A stretch of DNA of 64,000 nucleotides from Candidatus Eremiobacteria bacterium. Its GTDB lineage: Bacteria; Vulcanimicrobiota; Vulcanimicrobiia; Vulcanimicrobiales; Vulcanimicrobiaceae. Shown in pieces: positions 41,301-50,645 of the stretch (within the stretch, counting starts at the first letter, position 1; each line of letters begins with the position of its first letter). Location of the stretch: assembly GCA_963758295.1 (NCBI GenBank), contig CAVWUU010000003.1, positions 160,001 to 224,000 of the forward strand, given 5' to 3'. The notes below the pieces were generated by a model. It made no database searches. It was not told where the DNA came from and saw nothing but the letters and a program-made list of their open reading frames with translations. A program made the position numbers and the translations under genes.

Positions 41301-41338
41301 TACACTTCTTGTAGAAGCCTGTCCACGGAGGTGCCGGG

Positions 41339-42685
41339 ATGGATGTCGTTATCGCCGACCGCATTCAATTTGCGTTCACGATCATGTTCCATTACCTCTT
41401 TCCCATCACGACGATGGGACTCGTTCCGTTCGTAGCTCTTTACACGATCAAGGCGGCGCGCGGCGATACGGAATCGGCCGCTGCGGCGGCGTTCTGGACG
41501 AAAATTTTTGCGATAAACTTCGCAATCGGCGTCGTTACCGGGATTCCCATGGAATTTCAGTTCGGCACCAACTGGGCGGCGTTTGCCGCGCGCAGCGGCT
41601 CGGTCGTCGGGCAGCCTCTGGCTATGGAAGGCATCTACGCATTTTTCGCCGAGTCGATTTTCCTCGGCGTTTTGTTTTATGGACGCGACCGTCTGCCGGG
41701 CGCATTGCATGCGGCGTCGGCCGTTCTTGTGTGGTTCGCGGCGTGGCTGTCGGGCTTTTTCATTACGGTCACCGATGCGTGGATGCAACACCCCGTCGGC
41801 TATCGCGTAGCCGCTGGGGGCCAAATCGAAATGACGAGCCTGGCGTCGGTGATCTTCTCGCCGTTCGCCTGGTGGCAATACGTGCACGTCATTACCGGAG
41901 CGCTCGTGACGGGCGGCTTCGTCGTTGCCGGCATCGGCTCATACTACTTGCTCGCGCGCCGTGAGACGTCGCTCGGACGGCGATTTGTCCGGTCCGGCAT
42001 AATCGTCGCACTGATTTTCTCGCTGCTTGCGGTCTTTCCGACGGGCGACCGCAACGGTGCAAACGTCACGCAGTATCAACCTATCAAACTTGCCGCCATG
42101 GAAGGGCTTTTCGAAAGCTCGAACGGCGCGCCGCTTGCGATCATCGGCATGCCCGATACGAAGAACCACAAACTCATCGATCCCGTCCTCGTTCCCGACG
42201 TTTTAAGCTTTCTCGCATACGGCAACTTCAACGCGCCGGTAAAAGGCTTGCGCGGCTACGCCACGGAGCTGTGGCCACCCGTAGAACTGACGTATTACGC
42301 ATATCACGTTATGGTGGGGCTCGGCACGATCTTCGCCGGCGTTGCGGCGCTCGGGGTGCTGCTGCTTTTGCTCAAACGGCTCTTCCAAACGCGCTTGATG
42401 CTCTGGCTGATCATGCTGGTGATGCCTTTCCCGTACGTTGCGAACGAAGCGGGTTGGGTCACAACTGAAGTGGGACGGCAGCCGTGGATCATTTACGGCA
42501 TCATGCGGACCGCCGATGCGACGTCGCCCACCGTCGTTACGGGCGAGACAATTTTCACGACGATCGGTTTTGCAGGCATGTATTTCTTGCTTGGCGTGCT
42601 GTTCTTATACTTAGTCCTGCGGGAAATCGGCAGCGGTCCGAGTGCGGCCGGCGAACACGGCGGAGTCGTGGAGGCGATGTCATGA
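41339..42685 (+). CDS. cydA: Cytochrome bd ubiquinol oxidase subunit I
   Basis: RIQFAFTIMFHYLF, GIPMEFQFGTNW, WMQHP, QPIKLAAMEG, GWVTTEVGRQPW. Confidence 0.95.
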   Translation: MDVVIADRIQFAFTIMFHYLFPITTMGLVPFVALYTIKAARGDTESAAAAAFWTKIFAINFAIGVVTGIPMEFQFGTNWAAFAARSGSVVGQPLAMEGIYAFFAESIFLGVLFYGRDRLPGALHAASAVLVWFAAWLSGFFITVTDAWMQHPVGYRVAAGGQIEMTSLASVIFSPFAWWQYVHVITGALVTGGFVVAGIGSYYLLARRETSLGRRFVRSGIIVALIFSLLAVFPTGDRNGANVTQYQPIKLAAMEGLFESSNGAPLAIIGMPDTKNHKLIDPVLVPDVLSFLAYGNFNAPVKGLRGYATELWPPVELTYYAYHVMVGLGTIFAGVAALGVLLLLLKRLFQTRLMLWLIMLVMPFPYVANEAGWVTTEVGRQPWIIYGIMRTADATSPTVVTGETIFTTIGFAGMYFLLGVLFLYLVLREIGSGPSAAGEHGGVVEAMS

Positions 42686-43668
42686 GCATCACGGCCTTCG
42701 TCGTTATCGCCATAATGCTCGCTGCATATGCGGTTCTCGACGGATACGATCTGGGCGTCGCTTCGATTGCACCACTCGTTGGAAAGACCGATAGCGAGCG
42801 GTTCGCCTCCATGCAGGCCATCGGCCCGTTCTGGAACGGGAACGAAGTGTGGCTCATCGCTGCAGGTGCGGCGCTTTTCGCGTTGTTTCCGCGCGCGTAT
42901 GCTTCGGCGTTCTCAGGCTTTTATCTGCCGTTCATGGTGATTCTGTGGCTGCTGATGTTTCGCGGCGTCGCGTTGGAGCTGCGCTCGCATTTCCCCAGCG
43001 AGATGTGGCACACGTTTTGGGACGCGTGCTTTTCTGCCGCAAGTACGCTGCTGGTTCTCATCTTTGGCGTGGCACTCGGCAACTTGATTCGCGGATTGCC
43101 GCTCGACGACAAAGGCTTCTTTCAGGGCACGTTCGCGTTTTTACTCAACCCATACGCATTGCTTGTCGGTCTTTTCGCCGTCGTAGCGCTTGCGCAGCAC
43201 GGCAGTGGATTTTTGTTGCTTCGGCTCGAGGGAGCGCCGGCGGACCGCGCGCGCAAGATGCGCCCGCGCCTTCTGGCCGGAACGCTCGCGTTTTTTGTAG
43301 CGGTCTCGGCCGTAACCGCCCACATGCGTGGAATGCCGGGCACGCCCTGGGGCGTTATCGTACCGTTGCTAGCGTTGGCGGCGTTGGCATGGACGTGGTT
43401 TGAAAACGGCCGCGCGCGATACTTGCAAGCGTTTGTCGCCTCCTCGCTCTTCATCGCGCTGTTGGTCGTTACGGCCGCGATGACGATGTATCCGTATTTG
43501 CTCCCCTTGTATCCGGCAGGCGGGGGCCTCTCGATCTACGATGCGTCGCCGTCGCCTACGGCGCTCGCCAGCGCACTGACGGTCACGATCGTCGGTCTGT
43601 GCGCCGTCCTGATTTACGGCAGTTGGGTCTGGCGCCGTTTGGCGGGAAAGGTCCGCGTTGGCGAATAA
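42682..43668 (+). CDS. cydB: Cytochrome bd ubiquinol oxidase subunit II
   Basis: LDGYDLG, IGPFWNGNEVWLI, FPRAYA, FRGVALE. Confidence 0.95.
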   Translation: MSITAFVVIAIMLAAYAVLDGYDLGVASIAPLVGKTDSERFASMQAIGPFWNGNEVWLIAAGAALFALFPRAYASAFSGFYLPFMVILWLLMFRGVALELRSHFPSEMWHTFWDACFSAASTLLVLIFGVALGNLIRGLPLDDKGFFQGTFAFLLNPYALLVGLFAVVALAQHGSGFLLLRLEGAPADRARKMRPRLLAGTLAFFVAVSAVTAHMRGMPGTPWGVIVPLLALAALAWTWFENGRARYLQAFVASSLFIALLVVTAAMTMYPYLLPLYPAGGGLSIYDASPSPTALASALTVTIVGLCAVLIYGSWVWRRLAGKVRVGE

Positions 43669-44815
43669 CCGCGCTGGCGTGAACGACAACGCCGCTCGAG
43701 CCCTCGAAAAATACGACCGCTCAAAGCTCACTCTTTGTTCCATCGGAAGCCATTCGGCGCTGGAAGTGGCCTACGGCGCGCGCGCACAGGGCTTGCGGAA
43801 TCTTGTCGTAACTGCGAAGGGCCGCGAACGCACGTACACGGAGCATTACCTGCGCAAGGAATCGCCGGTACCGCGCGGATGCGTTGATTCGGTCCTGGAA
43901 CTGGAGAAGTTCACCGACCTCTTAAACGACGGCGTCCAACAGCGGCTGCTGGACGAAAACGTGATCTTTCTTGCCAACCGGTCGTTCGAAGTCTACCTGC
44001 ACCAAAAATTCAGCTACGACGAAATCGAGAACGGCATGCGAGTGCCGTTTTTCGGCAACCGCTTCTTGCTGCGCGCGGAAGAACGCGACGAAGCCTCAAA
44101 TCAGTATTCATTGATGCAGAAGGCGGGCATCCGTCATCCGCAGCAGTTCGATTCGCCGGATCAGATCGACCGGCTAGTGATGGTGAAAGCGCCGCACGCC
44201 AAAGTCAGCTTCGAGCGAGCCTTCTTTGTGGTGTCGTCGCCACAGGAGTACCGTGAGGTCAGCGCCCGGCTCATTCGCGACGGAATGCTTACCGAATCCG
44301 GTTTACGAGACGCCGTCATCGAGGAGTACGCGCTCGGACCGTCGGTCAACCTGAATTTCTTTTATTCGCCGATTCTCGGCGAGTTAGAGCTTAGCGGAAC
44401 GGACACGCGGCGCCAAACCAATCTCGAGGGATTCCGTAACGTCCCGCCGTCGGTATTCGAGGCGCTGCGCAACGTCCCGATGCGTCTGGAAGAGGCGGGA
44501 CATATCGCCGCGACGCTTACCGAGTCGACGCTGGAGAAGGCCTTCGAGATGGGCGAGCGATTCGTTGCCGCCGCACGCGAAGCCAATCCGCCCGGCGTAA
44601 TGGGACCCTTCGCGCTGCAGTGCGTAATCGTCGCCGGACCCCCCAAAGAATTTGTTTGCTACGATGTGTCGTTGCGCATCCCGGGATCGCCCGGCACCCG
44701 CTACACCCCGTATTCGGCATACCGATGGGGGCGCGATGTGTCGGTGGGCGAGCGAGTCGCAATGGAGCTCGTAATGGCCCGCGACGCCGGCCGGCTGGGG
44801 GAAATTCTTACCTAA
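43658..44815 (+). CDS. Second, divergent PurP-family ATP-grasp ligase
   Basis: IGSHSALEV..GA, NRSF.VY, PFFGNR.LLRAEER, FERAFF, TDTRRQTNLEG, GPFALQ, DVSLRIPGSPG. Confidence 0.85.
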   Translation: MANNRAGVNDNAARALEKYDRSKLTLCSIGSHSALEVAYGARAQGLRNLVVTAKGRERTYTEHYLRKESPVPRGCVDSVLELEKFTDLLNDGVQQRLLDENVIFLANRSFEVYLHQKFSYDEIENGMRVPFFGNRFLLRAEERDEASNQYSLMQKAGIRHPQQFDSPDQIDRLVMVKAPHAKVSFERAFFVVSSPQEYREVSARLIRDGMLTESGLRDAVIEEYALGPSVNLNFFYSPILGELELSGTDTRRQTNLEGFRNVPPSVFEALRNVPMRLEEAGHIAATLTESTLEKAFEMGERFVAAAREANPPGVMGPFALQCVIVAGPPKEFVCYDVSLRIPGSPGTRYTPYSAYRWGRDVSVGERVAMELVMARDAGRLGEILT

Positions 44816-44879
44816 CTTAGGTTCATATGGGTGTATGCGCCCGCTTCCCAGCCCTGGAATGCTTAAGACTTCCGGACCG

Positions 44880-44908
44880 TTGCCTATTTTAGTCGGGCAT
44901 GCTAGGGT
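44880..44908 (+). promoter_or_regulatory. Putative promoter of the second zinc-ribbon gene
   Basis: TTGCCT-N17-TAGGGT with a TGn extension, implying a leader of about 85-90 nt. Confidence 0.45.
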
Positions 44909-45001
44909 GAGGGGTGTCTAGGTATCGCAGTCGGTTACCATGTTTGGTCTAGCGAGTCGATTCCGAGAACAATAACTACCAAGTCCGAGGAGTCCTCGTT
45001 A

Positions 45002-45331
45002 ATGTATCAAGATGAGTATTTGAACTGCGTCGATTGTTCGCGTCAGTTCGTTTTCTCGAGCGGCGAGCAAGAGTTTTTCGCCATGAAAGGCTTTCAAAAT
45101 AAGCCGAACCGTTGCCCCGACTGCCGTGCGGCCCGTAAAGGCCAGCAGGGTGGCGGACGCGGCGGCAGCCGTGGCGGCGGCTTCGGCGGCGCCGGTGGCG
45201 GTGGCCAGCGGGAAATGTTCCGCGCGACCTGCAGCCAGTGCGGCGGTGTGGCGGAAGTTCCGTTCCAACCGCGTGGCGACAAGCCGGTTTACTGCCGCGA
45301 CTGCTTCAGCAGCCGCCCGTCCTACCGCTAA
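45002..45331 (+). CDS. Zinc-ribbon plus CxxC-x17-CxxC protein with a Gly-rich linker (second paralog)
   Basis: CVDC..FVFS.GEQEFF..KGF.N.P.RCPDC, GGGRGGSRGGGFGG, CSQCG...VPFQP.GDKPVYCRDC. Confidence 0.92.
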   Translation: MYQDEYLNCVDCSRQFVFSSGEQEFFAMKGFQNKPNRCPDCRAARKGQQGGGRGGSRGGGFGGAGGGGQREMFRATCSQCGGVAEVPFQPRGDKPVYCRDCFSSRPSYR

Positions 45332-45347
45332 ACCGCGATAGTACAAA

Positions 45348-45384
45348 GAAAAGGCCCGCAGCGATGCGGGCCTTTTTCTTTTTG
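45348..45384. terminator. Bidirectional intrinsic terminator
   Basis: AAAAGGCCCGCA-GCGA-TGCGGGCCTTTT-TCTTTTT between convergent genes. Confidence 0.85.
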
Positions 45385-45386
45385 TC

Positions 45387-45683
45387 TTACGAGCGGCGCA
45401 TTTCGCCGGCGCGGTAGCGGTAGACGATCCGGCCTTTGGTGAGGTCGTAGGGCGACATCTCCAGATCGACACGATCGCCAAGAAGAATCTTGATGCGATG
45501 GCGGCGGAGACGGCCGGCGAGGTGGGCGAGCACGGTGTGCCCGTTCTCCAACTCAACGGCGAAGGTCGTGCTTGGGTAGATCTGACGAACGGTGCCAAAA
45601 ACCTCGAGAGGCGCCTCTTTGGCGGGCTCAGTCGGGCGATCGCTGGGAGGGCGCGGAGGCGCCGAGCGGCGACGGCCGGCTAT
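45387..45683 (-). CDS. infA: Translation initiation factor IF-1 with an N-terminal extension; probable ATA start (absent from the ORF track)
   Basis: [66 protein letters not shown]. There is no in-frame ATG/GTG/TTG upstream of the core before a TAA. Confidence 0.9.
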   Translation of the reverse strand: MAGRRRSAPPRPPSDRPTEPAKEAPLEVFGTVRQIYPSTTFAVELENGHTVLAHLAGRLRRHRIKILLGDRVDLEMSPYDLTKGRIVYRYRAGEMRRS

Positions 45684-45785
45684 GGCCGGCCTGCTTTCAA
45701 TGAAGTCATCCCCGAGAGTATATACGCAACCGGGCTGTGGGGGAAGGCCTTATGGTGGTGCGAACCAACTGCGCCGGAGGAAATA

Positions 45786-46328
45786 ATGGCTACGCAATCG
45801 TTACAAGAGCGCCAGGGCGCAATCACGTTCAAGGGCGGCCCGATGACGCTCGTAGGCCCGGAACTAAAGGCCGGCGACACGGCGCCGGACTTTGTCCTTA
45901 CCGGGCAGGATCTCTCCGTCAAACGGCTCGACGATCTGCTGGACGGGGGCAATCGCGCGGCGATGCTGATCGTTGTCCCCTCGCTGGATACGGGCGTCTG
46001 CTCGACTGAGTCGCACAAGTTCAACGCGCGAATGGGCGAGTTGCCGGCGGATGTGAAAACATATGTCGTCAGCATGGACCTGCCGTTTGCGCAGGCCCGC
46101 TGGTGCGGCAACGAAGGCGAGGTCAAATTTGAGACGCTTTCGGACTATCGCGACCATAGCTTCGGCCGGAACTACGGTCTGCTGATCAAAGAACTGGGTT
46201 TGCTCGCTCGCGCCATTGTAGTGATCGGCGCTGACAAAACCATCAAATACGTGCAACTTGTTCCGGAAGTCGCGAGCGAGCCGGATTACGATGCAGCCAT
46301 CACGGCGGCTCAAGCGGCGGCGAAGTAG
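45786..46328 (+). CDS. tpx: Thiol peroxidase
   Basis: ITFKG.P.TL.G, VPSLDTGVC, SMDLPFAQARWC, EPDYD. Confidence 0.95.
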   Translation: MATQSLQERQGAITFKGGPMTLVGPELKAGDTAPDFVLTGQDLSVKRLDDLLDGGNRAAMLIVVPSLDTGVCSTESHKFNARMGELPADVKTYVVSMDLPFAQARWCGNEGEVKFETLSDYRDHSFGRNYGLLIKELGLLARAIVVIGADKTIKYVQLVPEVASEPDYDAAITAAQAAAK

Positions 46329-46373
46329 CATCGAGCATGGAGCGGGGGCAATCGAGCCGAATCAGCACGGCCA

Positions 46374-47918
46374 ATGCCCCCCACCGTTTTCATTTTCGAC
46401 TTTGGCGCGCAATATAGCCAACTGATAGCGCGCCGCTCGCGCGAGCTCGGCGTTTACAGCGAGATCGTTCCTTACGACACCACGTGGTCCGCGATCGCCG
46501 GACGCAGTCCGGCCGCGATCATTCTTTCGGGCGGTCCCGAAAGCACGCTCGTGCCGGGCGCACCCGACATGGACCCAGCCGTTCTAAATAGCGGCTTGCC
46601 GATTTTTGCAATCTGTTACGGCATGCAACTGATCGCGCGTCACAACGGCGCCGAACTGGTGAAATTGGATCACGCGGAATATGGCCCCGCGATGCTGCAC
46701 GTCGATAAGCGGGACGCTCGCATTTTCGACGGCGTTCCGGCCGACTCACGCGTTTGGATGTCGCACGGCGACTCGGTCGTGAAACTTCCCCCGGGATTCG
46801 AAGAACTTGCGTCGACCGAACGCTGCAACGTTGCGGCGATAGGCAATGCCGAACGCAAAATCTACGGAACGCAGTTTCACCCCGAAGTCGTGCACAGCGA
46901 ATACGGCCGGCTGATGTTGGCGAATTTTCTGCATGGGGTAGCCGGGCTCGCAAGCGACTGGGAGATGGAATCGTACGTCGATCGCGCAATCGAAGAGATT
47001 CGCGAAGCGGTCGGTCAGGACAAAGTCATCTGCGCGCTCTCCGGCGGCGTCGATTCCGCGGTCGCCGCCACGCTTGTATCACGTGCGATCGGGGAACAGC
47101 TGACCTGCGTCTTCGTCGATCACGGACTGCTTCGCAAAGGCGAAGCGCAATCCGTGATCGAGGCGTTCCGCGATATCTTGCATTTGAATCTCGTCGTGGT
47201 CGACGCGCGCGAACGGTTCTTGACAAAACTTGCGGGCGTCATTGACCCCGAGCGCAAGCGCATCATCATCGGCCACGAGTTCATCTCCGTGTTCGAAGAA
47301 GAAGCGGCGAAGATTCCCGGGGTGAAGTATCTCGTTCAGGGAACGCTTTATCCCGACGTCATTGAATCCAAAACGCCGCAAAGCAAGGCGGGACACAAGA
47401 TCAAGTCGCATCACAACGTGGGCGGCTTGCCCGAGAAGATGAACTTCAAGCTCATCGAACCGCTGCGCGCGCTCTTCAAGGACGAAGTCCGCGCGCTCGG
47501 ACGCGTTCTAGGGCTGCCGGAACACATTGTGGCGCGCCAACCGTTTCCCGGACCGGGACTTGCGGTTCGCATCATCGGTGACATCACCGACGAGCGCTTG
47601 GAAGTGGTTCGCAACGCCGATGCGGTTGTGCGTGAAGAGATCGACAATGCCAAAGACTTGCAGCCGCATCCGTGGCAGTACTTCGCCGTGCTTACGCCGG
47701 TGCAAAGCGTCGGTGTGATGGGCGACGGCCGCACGTACGCGAACCTGGTCGCTGTACGCGCAATTACGAGCGAGGACGGCATGACGGCCGATTGGGCGCG
47801 CTTGCCGCACGAACTCCTGGAGCGAATCTCGACGCGAATCGTGAACGAAGTGCCCGGCGTGAATCGCGTGGCGTACGACATCACATCGAAGCCGCCCGCA
47901 ACGGTGGAGTGGGAATAG
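46374..47918 (+). CDS. guaA: GMP synthase (glutamine-hydrolysing)
   Basis: DFGAQY, ICYGMQ, QFHPEV, LSGGVDS, IKSHHNVGG, SKPPATVEWE. Confidence 0.97.
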   Translation: MPPTVFIFDFGAQYSQLIARRSRELGVYSEIVPYDTTWSAIAGRSPAAIILSGGPESTLVPGAPDMDPAVLNSGLPIFAICYGMQLIARHNGAELVKLDHAEYGPAMLHVDKRDARIFDGVPADSRVWMSHGDSVVKLPPGFEELASTERCNVAAIGNAERKIYGTQFHPEVVHSEYGRLMLANFLHGVAGLASDWEMESYVDRAIEEIREAVGQDKVICALSGGVDSAVAATLVSRAIGEQLTCVFVDHGLLRKGEAQSVIEAFRDILHLNLVVVDARERFLTKLAGVIDPERKRIIIGHEFISVFEEEAAKIPGVKYLVQGTLYPDVIESKTPQSKAGHKIKSHHNVGGLPEKMNFKLIEPLRALFKDEVRALGRVLGLPEHIVARQPFPGPGLAVRIIGDITDERLEVVRNADAVVREEIDNAKDLQPHPWQYFAVLTPVQSVGVMGDGRTYANLVAVRAITSEDGMTADWARLPHELLERISTRIVNEVPGVNRVAYDITSKPPATVEWE

Positions 47919-47920
47919 GG

Positions 47921-49189
47921 ATGCGAATTCTCGTCGTAGGAAACGGCGCGCGTGAGGATGCGCTCTCGTGGCGTTTGGCGCAGTCGCCGTCGTGCGAAGC
48001 GATCTTCGCTGCACCGGGTAACGCCGGTACGGCTCTGCGCGGCACGAATTGGAATATCTCCGCGACCGACGGCAAAGCGATCGTCGAAAGGTGCCGCGAG
48101 GAGAACATCGATCTCGTGGTGCTCGGTCCGGAGTCTGCAATTGCGGCGGGAGTCGGTGACCGCTTACGAGACGCCGGCTTCGCGGTGTTCGGCCCGAACC
48201 GCAGCGGGGGCCGTCTTGAGTCCAGCAAAGTCTTCTCCAAACGCTTCATGGAACGCCACGGCGTTCCGACGGCGCGCGCGATGATCGTCCACTCGGAACC
48301 GAGCGCGATGAAAGCGCTCGACGAGTGGCCGGGAGGCGGTGTGGTTATCAAAGCCGACGGTCTCGCCGCAGGTAAAGGCGTCGTAGTTTGTGACGACGTC
48401 GATACGGCCCGCGGTGTGCTCAAAGAATGGTATGGCGCGAGTAAAATTCCCGGCGGCGGCAGCGATGTGCTGCTCGAAGAAAAATTAACCGGACGTGAGG
48501 TGAGCGTGTTTGCGCTCGCAGACGGCCGCGCGATGGTTCCGCTCGCCGCGGCGTGCGATTACAAACGAGCCGGCGACGGTGATACCGGTCCGAACACCGG
48601 CGGAATGGGCGCGTATTCGCCGCCCCTTGATTTCCCGATCGACATGTACGATCAGGTGCGCGAGCGCATTCTTGCGCCCGTCTTACGCGGATTGCTCGCC
48701 GAAAGTGAAACCTATATCGGCGTTCTGTATTGCGGCCTTATGTGGACCGAGAACGGCCCCTACGTCATCGAGTTCAACGCGCGCTTTGGGGATCCCGAAA
48801 CCCAAGTGCTAATGCCGCGCATTCACGGCGATTTCGCGCAATTGCTCGCTTCGGCGGCGGAGGGCGCAATGGACTTGAGCCTCGCAACGCTGGGCAACGA
48901 CTGCTGCGTGGGCGTGGTGCTTGCAACGAGCGACTATCCGCGCTCGAGCACGCCGCTGCGAGGTTTGAATTCGAACGTAGCGTTGCCGGGTAATGCGGTC
49001 GTGTTCTGGGGCGGCAGCACCGTTGAAGAGGGCACGGTCAATACCGGCGGCGGTCGTGTGTTGACCGTAACCGCTTGCGGCTCCAACGTCACCGATGCCC
49101 GCGAAAAAGCGTATGCCGCCGTCAAGACACTCGCCGGGAGAATCGGCACCACGGACTTGACGTACCGCACCGACATCGCGAAGTTCTAA
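47921..49189 (+). CDS. purD: Phosphoribosylamine-glycine ligase
   Basis: APGNAG, LESSK, KADGLAAGKGV, DGDTGPNTGGMG, EFNARFGDPE, GGRVL. Confidence 0.96.
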   Translation: MRILVVGNGAREDALSWRLAQSPSCEAIFAAPGNAGTALRGTNWNISATDGKAIVERCREENIDLVVLGPESAIAAGVGDRLRDAGFAVFGPNRSGGRLESSKVFSKRFMERHGVPTARAMIVHSEPSAMKALDEWPGGGVVIKADGLAAGKGVVVCDDVDTARGVLKEWYGASKIPGGGSDVLLEEKLTGREVSVFALADGRAMVPLAAACDYKRAGDGDTGPNTGGMGAYSPPLDFPIDMYDQVRERILAPVLRGLLAESETYIGVLYCGLMWTENGPYVIEFNARFGDPETQVLMPRIHGDFAQLLASAAEGAMDLSLATLGNDCCVGVVLATSDYPRSSTPLRGLNSNVALPGNAVVFWGGSTVEEGTVNTGGGRVLTVTACGSNVTDAREKAYAAVKTLAGRIGTTDLTYRTDIAKF

Positions 49190-49262
49190 CGCCGCGGCGT
49201 TAGATGCGGGATTAGCCTCGGTGAGTCAATACGGAGAAAAGCCATGCGGGTATACCGTCCCT

Positions 49263-49742
49263 ATGCGAAACGTAATGATCGGCGCGATCGCCGGCGCGGC
49301 TGGGACGATGGCTCTTGATATCGCAAGCTACGGCGACATGGTGGTGCGCGGAAGGCAATCGAGCAACATGCCGGCGGAAGTGGTGCGAAGGCTCGCCGAG
49401 AAAGCGGGCGTCGAACCGCTCGCAAAACCCGACGAAGCGGTTGATGACAAAACGAAAAATCGTCGCAGTGCGCTTGGCGCTCTATCCGGCTACGGCGTAG
49501 GTCTTGCCATCGGCGCGCTTTATGGCGCGACGCGTCCGCTGACGAATCGCCTTCCCCTAGCTTTTGCTGCCCTTGGCGTCGGCGCTGCGGCGATGCTGGC
49601 GGCCGACGTTCCCGCCGTGCGCCTGGGCGCGACGGATCTGCGCGACTGGACGGCAGCATCTTGGATCTCGGATGTCATCCCGCACGTGGCCTTCGGCCTT
49701 ACGACCGTTCTTGTCGTAAATGCCATCGCCGGCGACGAATAG
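49263..49742 (+). CDS. Hypothetical membrane protein
   Basis: Hydrophobic segments (GAIAGAAGTMALD..YGDM..RGR, W.SD.IPH); preceded by GCGGGTAT-N9-ATG. Confidence 0.75.
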   Translation: MRNVMIGAIAGAAGTMALDIASYGDMVVRGRQSSNMPAEVVRRLAEKAGVEPLAKPDEAVDDKTKNRRSALGALSGYGVGLAIGALYGATRPLTNRLPLAFAALGVGAAAMLAADVPAVRLGATDLRDWTAASWISDVIPHVAFGLTTVLVVNAIAGDE

Positions 49743-49751
49743 CGAAGATCG

Positions 49752-50639
49752 TTACGCCAGCAAGCTCAATTGGAGTGGGACGTGCGTTTGAATTTGCGAT
49801 GAGCGACGCGCAGGGAAAGCCTTGAGCGCCGCTTCCACTTTCGTGTCGATGGCTTCGGCAATTGCTCGCGGCGCATACTTGCCCTTGTAAATTTCGGCGT
49901 ATTCGGCAAGTAGCTCCGGTTTCGATTCGCGCAAGTAATCGAAGAATGCCTCGCGCGTGATTTCATGAAGGTACAGGGCGTTGTGCCACACGTTTGAAGC
50001 ACCCGCTTCGCGAGCGGCGCGCACGACGGCTTCGATCTCTTCGGGCGTATCGGTAATACGCGGCAGCACCGGCGCCAAGGCAACGCTAACGGCTATTCCG
50101 GCGTCGGCAAGCATCTTTACCGCGCGCAGACGTTGCGGCGGAGGCGCAACCGTCGGCTCGATTTCGCGAGCTAGGCGCTCGTCCATCGTGGCTATGCTTA
50201 TGGACACGTGCGCACCCGCGACTCGCGCCAGTCGCGAAAGCACGTCGATATCGCGCACGACGAGCGGCGAACGTGTTACGATGCCGACGGGCGTTTCATA
50301 GTCGGCAAGTGCTTCTAAGATACCGCGGGTGAGCCGGTACTTTCCCTCGAGCGGCTGGTATGGGTCGGTAACGGTTCCGATGGAAACGCGCTCGTGACGC
50401 CACGTCCGCTTCGCGAGTTCGGCCCGGATAACGGACGGTGCATTGATCTTTACATAGATCCGGGAGCCCCAGCGGCCGACGCCGTCCTCTTCCAGATACT
50501 GATGCGTGCGGCGGGCGTAGCAAAACCGGCATTGATGATAGCAGCCGCGATAGGGATTTACCGACCACTTGAACGGCATGCCTTTGACGGCGTTTATCAC
50601 GCTTTTGGCCGGTTGCTCGATTATCTCGACGCCGCGCAT
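49752..50639 (-). CDS. Radical SAM protein, Rv2578c/SplB-like DNA-repair family
   Basis: NPYRGCYHQCRFCYAR, TDPYQP.E, IEP...PP..RL. Confidence 0.9.
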   Translation of the reverse strand: MRGVEIIEQPAKSVINAVKGMPFKWSVNPYRGCYHQCRFCYARRTHQYLEEDGVGRWGSRIYVKINAPSVIRAELAKRTWRHERVSIGTVTDPYQPLEGKYRLTRGILEALADYETPVGIVTRSPLVVRDIDVLSRLARVAGAHVSISIATMDERLAREIEPTVAPPPQRLRAVKMLADAGIAVSVALAPVLPRITDTPEEIEAVVRAAREAGASNVWHNALYLHEITREAFFDYLRESKPELLAEYAEIYKGKYAPRAIAEAIDTKVEAALKAFPARRSSQIQTHVPLQLSLLA

Positions 50640-50645
50640 GGTAAG

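Noticed and set aside
44999..45785. ORF-track proteins 44999-45598 (-) and the N-terminal extension of tpx from 45498
   Set aside because: These are shadow frames over the zinc-ribbon gene and infA. tpx has its own GGAGG ribosome-binding site before the ATG at 45786.
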